A DNA stretch of 64,000 bases from Pirellulales bacterium (GTDB lineage: Bacteria > Planctomycetota > Planctomycetia > Pirellulales > PALSA-1355), in NCBI GenBank assembly GCA_050250435.1, contig JBFWOR010000012.1:1-64000 (forward strand), written 5' to 3'. Below, piece after piece: positions 30,419-38,592 of the stretch. Within the stretch, counting starts at the first letter, position 1. Every line of letters starts with the position of its first letter. The notes under the pieces were generated by a model, which did not search any database, was not told where the DNA came from, and saw nothing but the letters and a program-made list of their open reading frames with translations. Made by a program: the position numbers and the translations under genes.

Positions 30419-30622
30419 CTACTACCCTAGAGGTATGCTTGTCCTAAGCGTTCATAGCATACCGCTTTGACGGTCATTGTCAACAATTCCGGAGATGCCG
30501 GCCATGACGCCGGCAAATGTCGCGGAAAAGTAAGATTCGTTTGGCAAAACTCTCGACACGCGGCAGCGCTCGACTATGATCTTCATAAGCCTCCCCCCAA
30601 CGAGTCCCGCCTCCAATCGCAC

Positions 30623-31423
30623 ATGTTGCCCGTGCTGGCCACCGACTTGATGTCGCGAAGCGAAGTCGCGCGCGGTCAATCAATTCCGCGCCTCCCCTCC
30701 GAACTGCGCTCGCATCTGCAGCCTGCGCTGAGTCTGTTGTTGCAGGCGTGGGACTACGCCATCGAGTTGGAGCAGGACGTGTGGAACATGGCGGTCGAGC
30801 TGGACGTGTTGCGCGCCGCCAAACTGACCAACAGCGACTTGCGTTGGCTGGCGGCGAAAGGTTACGTCGAGCACGGCGTGGAAGCCACCGGCCTCGACGA
30901 CAGCGTGCGGCACTTTCGGCGCACGCCGTTGCCGATGTTCACGGAATTGACGTGCGTGGTGTTGACGCCGATCGGCGCTGCTGCGGCGCGCGAGCTGTGC
31001 GAGGCTGCGGCCGCGGGTGAGAACATAGGCCCCGCGGTTGCGTTGTGCGAAATTGGCGGCCTCCAGGAGGTCCAGCGCCGACCGAACTGGGATCAACAGC
31101 GCCGTCAGCTGCGCGTCGGCGGTCAGATTGTCAAAGAGTTCAAGCTTCCTTCGCCGAATCAAGAGACCGTGCTGATGGCCTTCGAAGAAGAGGGCTGGCC
31201 GCCGCGGATCGACGATCCGCTGCCGCCGGTTGGTCACCTCGATTCGCGGCGCCGCTTGCACGACACCATCAAGGCACTCAATCGCAAACAGAAGCGGCTC
31301 TTGATCCGCTTTCGCGGCGACGGCAGCGGCGAAGGAATTCGCTGGGAGCCCGCCATCGAGCCGGCCGAGAGCCGGCCCGCCACGCTCGCCAGCGACCCGT
31401 ACGGCAACGGCGCAACTGTATAG
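30623..31423 (+). CDS. Hypothetical protein, paralog B, divergently transcribed from paralog A.
   Basis: Start at the internal ATG MLPVLATDL (30623). Homologous to 29477-30286 over the whole length. Confidence 0.6.
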   Translation: MLPVLATDLMSRSEVARGQSIPRLPSELRSHLQPALSLLLQAWDYAIELEQDVWNMAVELDVLRAAKLTNSDLRWLAAKGYVEHGVEATGLDDSVRHFRRTPLPMFTELTCVVLTPIGAAAARELCEAAAAGENIGPAVALCEIGGLQEVQRRPNWDQQRRQLRVGGQIVKEFKLPSPNQETVLMAFEEEGWPPRIDDPLPPVGHLDSRRRLHDTIKALNRKQKRLLIRFRGDGSGEGIRWEPAIEPAESRPATLASDPYGNGATV

Positions 31424-31679
31424 CGCGCGATGTGTAATTGCACTCGCGCCGCGCTGCTTTGCCGAGCGCTTCTCCGGTCAGTACCCGCTGGTGCGCCCCC
31501 ATCGTTCCCCTCTGTTCACCTTGGCCGACACCACTATGCGACTATGCTTTGCAGTTGCGAACGGCCGTCCCCCGCTGTGGTTTAACCGATATTCGATGGA
31601 CCGGACTTAGGGAGGTACTGGCCGCGGCGGGGCAGAGAGCCGGGCGGATGTTCGCCCGCATCCTCTCCAGGTCGACCGT

Positions 31680-32534
31680 ATGGCACACTTCGAGCCTCGC
31701 GGATTCGGATGGATTCCGAGTCTCCCGGACTTCCGCGACTATAGCGCCGGTTCAGCCCCGGCGGACGAACTGTTGGCACAACTGCGCGACGTCGCGCCGG
31801 TGACGGCGCCGCGGCCGCCGACTGTCGACTTGCGCGAGTACTTTCTCCCCGCAGGCGATCAACTCCAGCTGCACGCTTCAGCGGCCTGCGCTTGCGCCAG
31901 TCTGGTGGAATACTTCGAGCGGCGCGCCAACGGCGAAATGCTGCGTCCGGCACGGCTGTTCCTTTATCAGAATGCGCAGCGGCTGGCCGGCGTGCGCGGC
32001 AACGTGGGAATGGACCTGCGCAGCACGCTCAAAGCCATGGTTCGCTGCGGCATTCCGCCCGAACGTTATTGGCCTTACGAGGTCGACAGGCTGGATGTCA
32101 CGCCGGACCCGTTTCTGTATTCCTTTGTCGAACCTTACCGGGGCGTCAGTTATTTGCGGCTGGACGGTCGCCAAACGAGCGGCGGCGAAAACTTGCAGAT
32201 CGTGAAGGCGTTTCTGGCCGCGGGATTTCCCTGCACCTGCGGTTTTCCGGTGCCGGATTCCATCGCGGGCGATCCGGATATTCCCTACCGTCCGACGTTC
32301 GACAGCATTGTCGGCGGACAAGCGGTAGTCGCCGTGGGATACGACGATCGCTGGCTGCGCGGATCGCGCGGCGCATTGCTGGTGCGCAGCTCCTGGGGCA
32401 GCGATTGGGGCGAAAGCGGCTACGGTTGGTTGCCATACGCCTACGTCGAAGAGCGCCTGGCGATCGATTTTTGGACGCTGGTGCATCCGGCGTGGATTGC
32501 ATCGGGCGAATTCGACGCGCCCGATCTCCCCTGA
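31680..32534 (+). CDS. Papain-like (C1 family) cysteine-peptidase homolog, probably non-catalytic.
   Basis: C1 signatures are recognisable, but GGQAVVAVGYDD replaces GGHAV..VGY (His->Gln) and RSSWGSDWGESGYGWLPY replaces NSWG...GY (Asn->Ser). The Cys/Gln region DQLQLHASAACACAS is atypical. Confidence 0.7.
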   Translation: MAHFEPRGFGWIPSLPDFRDYSAGSAPADELLAQLRDVAPVTAPRPPTVDLREYFLPAGDQLQLHASAACACASLVEYFERRANGEMLRPARLFLYQNAQRLAGVRGNVGMDLRSTLKAMVRCGIPPERYWPYEVDRLDVTPDPFLYSFVEPYRGVSYLRLDGRQTSGGENLQIVKAFLAAGFPCTCGFPVPDSIAGDPDIPYRPTFDSIVGGQAVVAVGYDDRWLRGSRGALLVRSSWGSDWGESGYGWLPYAYVEERLAIDFWTLVHPAWIASGEFDAPDLP

Positions 32535-32710
32535 ACGGGCGCCGAGCGTGCAGAATCGCGCCAATCGCAGCGACCGATTTCGCCTGGCGCGACCATTCCC
32601 TGAATCGTCCACATAGCTCCCATACATGCGCCGTTGTGAGAGCCAGTAAGGGACTAAAATGGGACCTCAATGGATCGCGTTTCGGCCCGCCTTGATGTAG
32701 GGAGCTAGCT

Positions 32711-34276
32711 ATGGTCAGCCGCACACCGGCCAACGGTCACAATTCTACTAGCCGATCGGCCGCGGCTGGAACGCGCGACTTCTTCCGAGTCTTGTTTCGG
32801 CACAAGCGGAAAATGGTGGCGTTCTTCCTGACGTCGATGACGCTGGTGGTGCTGGGGTTGCTGTTCTTCCCGCGCACGTACAAGTCGGATGCACGCCTGT
32901 TCGTGCGGTTGGGCAAGGAAAGCGTGGGCCTCGATCCGACGGCGGCCTTGCAACAAACGGTGTCGGTGAACGATTCGCGCGAAAGCGAAATCAACTCCGT
33001 CGTCGAATTGTTGCGCAGCCGCGCAGTGCTGGATGATGTTGTGAAGCGCCTGGGCGCCGACGAGATCCTGGGCACGCAGCCCGGCGAGTCGACCTCGTGG
33101 TTGCAGATGGTCAAGGCGCCGGCCGACATCGCGCGCACGTGGCTGTATGGAAATATTGGCGCCGAAGAGCGTGCGGTGGCGCGACTGGAAAAGGCGATCA
33201 CGATTGGCGCGCCGCGCCGCTCGAACGTGGTGCTCGTATCGGCCCAGGCACGCGATCCCCAGCTGGCCCAGCGCATTCTGCAGGCCTTGATCGAGTCGTA
33301 CACCGAACAGCACGTGGACGCGAACCGCACGGAAGGTTCGCACGCGTTCTTCGTCACGCAGTCTGACCTGCTGCAAGAACAATTGCGGCGTGCCAACGAA
33401 GAGGTGCGCGACGCCCGCAATGCAAGCTCGCTGGTATCCATCGACGGCGAACGACAGAACGTACAAAGCCAGGCGACCTCGATCGAGGCGGCGATCCTGG
33501 CCAACCAGCGCGACCTGGCTGCGTCGGACGCCCGTATTGCGGCGCTCAAACGGCAGCTGGAAGAGTTACCGCACGACCTGGTCGCCGAACAAACGGCCGG
33601 CTTGCCGAACCAGGCGGCCGACGCCATGCGGAACGAACTGTACCGCCTGCAAATCGAGGAAAAAGACATCAGCTCGCGCTTTACCAGCCTGCACCCGAGC
33701 GTGATTGCCATTCGCCGGCAGGTGGCCGAGACGCAGAAGATTTTCGATGAGCAGCAGGACAGTCGCAGCCAGACGACGCGGCGTCCCAGCGTGGTGCATC
33801 AGCACGTGCAGACGGAGCTGTCGACGGCCACGGCCCTGGCCGCCTCGCAGCGGGCTGCGGCCGCCTCGCTCGAGCAGCAGTTCGACGCGGTGCGCTCGCG
33901 CATGCGTTCGCTCAACGACAACGAATTCCGCATTGCCGAGCTGTCGCGCAAGGCCGAGCTTTTGGAAACGACCTATCGCACGTACGTCCGCAACCGCGAA
34001 CAGGCCCGTATCGATCAGGAGCTGGCCAGCGGTCGCATATCGAACATCAACGTCGTGCAGCCGGCGACGATCGTGGCCAAGCCCTCCAGCCCGCGCGTCA
34101 TGCTGACGCTGGCGATGGGTTTGTTCGCTTCGACGTTCGGCGCGGTGCTGTTGGCCTTCGTGGCAGAGCACTTCGATCGCTCGCTCAAGACGCAGGAGCA
34201 GATCGAGCACGAGCTGGGCATTCCCGTCTTGTTCTCCGTTCCCCGTAGCCGTGGACACGAGCTACTCCCGCATTAA
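32711..34276 (+). CDS. Polysaccharide co-polymerase (Wzz/GumC/exopolysaccharide chain-length determinant family), without a fused kinase domain.
   Basis: N-terminal TM. A Wzz-like periplasmic coiled-coil region (RIAALKRQLEELPHDL...). C-terminal TM GLFASTFGAVLLAFVAEHFD. 521 aa. Confidence 0.8.
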   Translation: MVSRTPANGHNSTSRSAAAGTRDFFRVLFRHKRKMVAFFLTSMTLVVLGLLFFPRTYKSDARLFVRLGKESVGLDPTAALQQTVSVNDSRESEINSVVELLRSRAVLDDVVKRLGADEILGTQPGESTSWLQMVKAPADIARTWLYGNIGAEERAVARLEKAITIGAPRRSNVVLVSAQARDPQLAQRILQALIESYTEQHVDANRTEGSHAFFVTQSDLLQEQLRRANEEVRDARNASSLVSIDGERQNVQSQATSIEAAILANQRDLAASDARIAALKRQLEELPHDLVAEQTAGLPNQAADAMRNELYRLQIEEKDISSRFTSLHPSVIAIRRQVAETQKIFDEQQDSRSQTTRRPSVVHQHVQTELSTATALAASQRAAAASLEQQFDAVRSRMRSLNDNEFRIAELSRKAELLETTYRTYVRNREQARIDQELASGRISNINVVQPATIVAKPSSPRVMLTLAMGLFASTFGAVLLAFVAEHFDRSLKTQEQIEHELGIPVLFSVPRSRGHELLPH

Positions 34277-34309
34277 TCCTCGACGACTCGCCCCCAAGGA
34301 TCGTTTGGC

Positions 34310-34990
34310 ATGATCACGACAACGCAGGATGCAGCCGGCGTCTCCGTCAGCACCGGCCGACGGGACGCGGGTGTTGCCGAAGACTATTACTCGCTATTCC
34401 ACTGGTTGCGATCGGTCGGCGGACCGTCAGAGAGTGCGCCGATGTCGGTCGGCATCACCAGTTGCGCGCCTCGCGCGGGCGTGAGCACGGTGGCCGCCAA
34501 TCTGGCGATCGCGGCCGCGCAGGTCAGCGATCAGCCCGTGTTGCTGTTGGACCTGGGCAGCCCGCGACAAGCGATGACGACGCGCCTGTCGGCAGCCGGC
34601 GACGGCTTCCGCGTGGTTTCTGACCCGGCACAAATCAGTGCTTCGATTCGGCCTTCGCGGTTCGAGAACCTGTCGGTGCTGGACGCCAGCACGGCGGGCA
34701 GCCTGCGCGGCTGGAACCTCGACTGCAACAAGGCCACGGAATTGCTCCGCGCCGTGGAAAACGATTTTGGTTTCATCGTGGTCGATTTGCCGCCGGTGGA
34801 TTCCAGCCAGTGTTTCGTCACCGCCGGCGCCTTGCACGGCGTGCTGCTGGTAATGGAAGCCGAGCGGACGCGTTCCGATATCGCGGTGCGTGCCAAGCAA
34901 CGGTTGGCAGATTCGCGCGCGAACATTCTGGGCATCATCCTCAACAATCACCCGCAACACCTTCCGCAATGGCTCGAGACGAGGCTCTAG
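34310..34990 (+). CDS. BY-kinase/CpsD-like P-loop ATPase-domain protein with degenerate Walker A and A'.
   Basis: GITSCAPRAGVSTVAANLA has Val where GxGKS/T has Lys. VLLLDLGSPRQ replaces the DxD A' motif. Walker B FGFIVVDLPPV is conserved. There is no C-terminal Tyr cluster. Confidence 0.6.
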   Translation: MITTTQDAAGVSVSTGRRDAGVAEDYYSLFHWLRSVGGPSESAPMSVGITSCAPRAGVSTVAANLAIAAAQVSDQPVLLLDLGSPRQAMTTRLSAAGDGFRVVSDPAQISASIRPSRFENLSVLDASTAGSLRGWNLDCNKATELLRAVENDFGFIVVDLPPVDSSQCFVTAGALHGVLLVMEAERTRSDIAVRAKQRLADSRANILGIILNNHPQHLPQWLETRL

Positions 34991-35103
34991 TTTACAAGAC
35001 CGCAGGGAGCACCCTGGCCGCGTGGCAGGCAAGCCCGCGATACACCGCTTGAGACACCTACCCCCCAACCGATTTTCCCACCCGCGACTCGACAGGACGA
35101 CCG

Positions 35104-36180
35104 ATGATTCGCATTTGGAATATATTCAAGGGGCGACTGCCGTGGGCGGGCAGCGGCGCGCCTCATGACCAGTTGCACTCGACCGAGCGGATGCGCGCGA
35201 TCCTGGATCGCGAGCGGATGCGAGCCGATCGCGGCAACGCCAGCTTTGCGCTGTTGACCTTCACGATCCATCGTTCCGCCGAAGCCGGTGACCTGGCAAC
35301 GCTGGCCGGCATTCTCAGTGACCGGATTCGCGCTACCGATGATGCGGGCCTGTTGGGCGCGCGTCGCGTGGGCGTGGTACTACCCGAAACGCCCGCGGAA
35401 GGCGCCTGGAAGCTCTCGCAAGACGTGTGCGACCTGCTGCCGCAGCGCATGCGCCGGCCCGATCGAGAAGTCTACGTATATCCTTCGCTCGACGATGCCG
35501 CCGACCCGACGGCCGAAGTCGAAGAAGATGAGACGCCGCAGGGCCGCCCCGCGCGTTCCATGCACGTGTTGTTCGCACAGCCGTTGCCGGCCTGGAAGCG
35601 AGCCATCGACGTGATCGGCGCGTTTACGGCACTGGTGCTGCTGTCGCCGTTGCTGTTGATCGTGGCCGTGGCAATCAAGCTGACTTCGCCCGGGCCGGTG
35701 ATTTTTCGCCAGGGTCGCGATACGATCGCAGGCCGGCGTTTCACGATGTACAAGTTTCGCACGATGGTTCCTGACGCCGAGCGGGCGAAGGCAGCCCTGC
35801 GACAATTCAGCGAGCAGGATGGTCCGGCGTTCAAGATGACGAACGATCCGCGGATCACGCGGCTCGGCAAGTTCCTGCGCGCGACCAGCATCGACGAGCT
35901 GCCGCAGTTGTTCAACGTGTTGCTGGGAGACATGTCGCTGGTCGGCCCCAGGCCCCTGCCATGCGACGAATCAGGCGATTGTGAGGTCTGGCAGAGACGA
36001 CGGCTGGATGTGACCCCCGGCATCACTTGCATTTGGCAGGTCCACGGCCGGTCGACCGTCTCCTTCTCCGAATGGATACGGATGGATCTCCGCTACGTAG
36101 AGTCGCGATCGCTGGCCAACGACCTATGGTTGTTGGTGCAGACGATACCGGCGGTCGCCTTGCGTCGCGGTGCGCGCTGA
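35104..36180 (+). CDS. Polyprenyl-phosphate sugar phosphotransferase (bacterial sugar transferase, WbaP/EpsB-like) with an N-terminal degenerate GGDEF-like domain.
   Basis: C-terminal KFRTM...DELPQLFNVLLGDMSLVGPRP motifs. Residues 20-150 align to the GGDEF domain of the DGC at 44260-45063. The RATD I-site is aligned, but GGDEF is replaced (ARRVGVV) and the first metal-binding Asp is lost. Confidence 0.8.
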   Translation: MIRIWNIFKGRLPWAGSGAPHDQLHSTERMRAILDRERMRADRGNASFALLTFTIHRSAEAGDLATLAGILSDRIRATDDAGLLGARRVGVVLPETPAEGAWKLSQDVCDLLPQRMRRPDREVYVYPSLDDAADPTAEVEEDETPQGRPARSMHVLFAQPLPAWKRAIDVIGAFTALVLLSPLLLIVAVAIKLTSPGPVIFRQGRDTIAGRRFTMYKFRTMVPDAERAKAALRQFSEQDGPAFKMTNDPRITRLGKFLRATSIDELPQLFNVLLGDMSLVGPRPLPCDESGDCEVWQRRRLDVTPGITCIWQVHGRSTVSFSEWIRMDLRYVESRSLANDLWLLVQTIPAVALRRGAR

Positions 36181-37207
36181 ATTTTCCACCGTTTCTCGGT
36201 GCCTGATGAATGTTGTCGCCCCATCTACTGAGGGTACTAAGGGGGTATTGCCCCCACCGAGCCGCGCGCGGCAAGCGGCCGTTTGGACCGCCGAACGCCT
36301 GGCCGCCGGACTGGGACAATTGTGCGGGCAGCGCTGGAAAGAAGGGTTTGGCATTCTGTGCTACCACCGCGTTGCCGAGGTCGTGCCCGGCGTGGAGCCG
36401 CCCACCTGGAACGTGACGCCCGGCCAGCTTCGCGCGCAGCTCAGCGGCCTGTTGGCGTGCGGCTTCGAGCCGTGGCCGCTGGCGAAGTTGATCCGACATC
36501 GGCATCTGGGTCGAGCCATCCCGGCCAATGCCTTTGTCGTGACGTTCGACGACGGCTACGAGAACAACTACACCGCCGCGCTGCCGGTGCTCAAAGAATT
36601 GCGCGTGCCGGCGACCATCTTTCTGGCCACCGCGTATCTCGACAGCCACGAACCATTCCCGTTCGACGATTGGTCGGCCACGGGCACGTCGCGCGTGCCT
36701 GCGCGGAGTTGGCATCCGCTGTCGACCGCGCAATGCCACGAGCTCCTGGCGAGCGGGATCATTGAGCTGGCCGCGCACACGCATCGGCACGAGCGCTTTG
36801 TCGGCCGCTGCGACGACTTTGCCCGCGACCTTGACGAATGCCTGGAGACGCTGGCCACGAGATTTGGCATCAGGCAGCCGGCGTTTGCGTTTCCCTACGG
36901 AGCGTCGAGCCCGGAATTGAACGCGGCCGCTCGACAAGCCGGAGTCCGCTGCATCCTGTCGACCAAGCTCGAGCGCGTGCAGCCCGAACAAGACGAGTTC
37001 CAGTGGGGGCGGTTCACGGTCGTGGCCAGCGACAACGCCGCGGTGCTGGCCGCGAAGCTATCCGGTTGGTACACCACCGTGGCCACGGCGGGCAAGCGTG
37101 TCATGCGGCGCCTGTCCGCGGCGAAGTCGGCGGCCGCCGCCGATGCACCCGCCGGCAACACGCATGCTGTCCAGCACGATCCATTGGCCGCGAGCCGCGC
37201 GCATTAA
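36170..37207 (+). CDS. Polysaccharide deacetylase (NodB-homology, CE4) family protein.
   Basis: VTFDDGYENNY and HTHRH motifs. The start is uncertain (36170 GTG/ATG or 36206 MNVVAP). Confidence 0.75.
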   Translation: MRAEFSTVSRCLMNVVAPSTEGTKGVLPPPSRARQAAVWTAERLAAGLGQLCGQRWKEGFGILCYHRVAEVVPGVEPPTWNVTPGQLRAQLSGLLACGFEPWPLAKLIRHRHLGRAIPANAFVVTFDDGYENNYTAALPVLKELRVPATIFLATAYLDSHEPFPFDDWSATGTSRVPARSWHPLSTAQCHELLASGIIELAAHTHRHERFVGRCDDFARDLDECLETLATRFGIRQPAFAFPYGASSPELNAAARQAGVRCILSTKLERVQPEQDEFQWGRFTVVASDNAAVLAAKLSGWYTTVATAGKRVMRRLSAAKSAAAADAPAGNTHAVQHDPLAASRAH

Positions 37208-37213
37208 GGTTCC

Positions 37214-38575
37214 ATGAAAGTCGATCTCAAGGAATACTACCCGCCCGAAGATCAGCAGCGCCCGGCGCCGCCGAGCGTCGCTGCGCGCGTGCTGCGTCTG
37301 CGGCAGAAGTTTCCCGGGGCGTCGACCGGATTGTTGTCCATCTTCGATCAGGCGATCGTCAGCGGCACGGGCTTTGCCACGGCGGCCATCATCGGCCGCA
37401 TGACGGCTCCTGAGCAACTCGGTTTGTACTACCTCACGCTCACGATCGTGCTGATCGTGGTCGGCGTGCAGGATCAGATCGTGGCGGCGCCCTATCTGGT
37501 GTATGCCAAGCGACATCACGGCGAGGAGCATGCGCAGTATGCCGGCAGCTCCTGGTTTCACCACTTGCTGCTGACCGTGGCGAGCATGGTGGTGTTGTTG
37601 CTGACGATCGGCATTCTTTCGGTCAGCGGCTCGACGGCGATCCTGCCGGGGCTGTGGGCGTTAGTCGGCGCCGGTCCGCTGTTGCTGGTGCGCGAAGACA
37701 TTCGCCGTTTTGCCTTTGCCGATTTGCACCTCCGGTCGGCCATTGCCATTGATGCCGTCGTGGCCGTGTTGCAACTGGGCGGGCTGTTCTTGCTGGGCTA
37801 CTACGGTCACCTGACATTGTTCAACATTTTCGCGGTCATGGGCGGGGCCTGTGCACTGGCTGCCTTAGGGTGGCTGATCGTCGATCCGCCGCGCGTGCGC
37901 TTTTCGCGAGTCCGCATTCGCGCCGATTGGTCGCACAACTGGGCCTTTGCCAAATGGGCGCTGCGCGGCCACCTGCTGGGCAGCACCACGCCCTACGTCA
38001 TGATCTGGATTGTCAACGGGGCAATTGGCCCGGTGGCCGCGGGCGTGCTCGGCGCGTGTACTACCCTGGTTGGAGTCACGAAAGTGATTCAGGCCGGGGT
38101 GACTAACGTGCTTACAACTCAATCGTCTCACGCGTATGTCACCGGCGGCTGGAAAGAATTGCGCCGAGTGATGATTCGCGCGTCGCTGTTTCTGGGGCTG
38201 TCGGTCGGCAGCCTGTGTTTGTTGTTCCTGGTCACCGGCGACGCATTGGCCGTGCTGGTGTATGGCGAGTTCTACCAAGGCTGCGGACCGATCCTGGTCA
38301 CACTGTCGCTGGCCGCGCTGGTGAGCAGCTTGAGCATCGTGATTGGCAACGGGCTGTGGGCCATCGATCAGCCGCGGGCCAGTTTCGCCGCCGACGTGTG
38401 CAGCACCGTGATTACGCTGGCCGCCGCGGCACTGCTCGTTCCCTCGATGGGCGCGCTGGGCGCCGCGCTGGCCACGTTGGCCGGCAGCGCCGTGGCCACG
38501 CTGGTGCGTCTGGTCATCCTGGTTCGCGCGTATGAACCGACGCGCTTCGACAAAGCATCGCTTCCGACTCCATAA
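37214..38575 (+). CDS. Wzx-type oligosaccharide flippase (polysaccharide biosynthesis protein, MOP superfamily).
   Basis: 453 aa, ~12 predicted TM helices, typical Wzx topology and length. Located inside the EPS locus. Confidence 0.75.
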   Translation: MKVDLKEYYPPEDQQRPAPPSVAARVLRLRQKFPGASTGLLSIFDQAIVSGTGFATAAIIGRMTAPEQLGLYYLTLTIVLIVVGVQDQIVAAPYLVYAKRHHGEEHAQYAGSSWFHHLLLTVASMVVLLLTIGILSVSGSTAILPGLWALVGAGPLLLVREDIRRFAFADLHLRSAIAIDAVVAVLQLGGLFLLGYYGHLTLFNIFAVMGGACALAALGWLIVDPPRVRFSRVRIRADWSHNWAFAKWALRGHLLGSTTPYVMIWIVNGAIGPVAAGVLGACTTLVGVTKVIQAGVTNVLTTQSSHAYVTGGWKELRRVMIRASLFLGLSVGSLCLLFLVTGDALAVLVYGEFYQGCGPILVTLSLAALVSSLSIVIGNGLWAIDQPRASFAADVCSTVITLAAAALLVPSMGALGAALATLAGSAVATLVRLVILVRAYEPTRFDKASLPTP

Positions 38576-38592
38576 GCAAGGGCCGCAAGGCC

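Noticed and set aside
30452-30683. Two small minus-strand ORFs (75 and 67 aa) in the divergent intergenic region.
   Set aside because: They have no SD and low-complexity products, and overlap the predicted terminator/structured RNA. The region is better explained as regulatory RNA.
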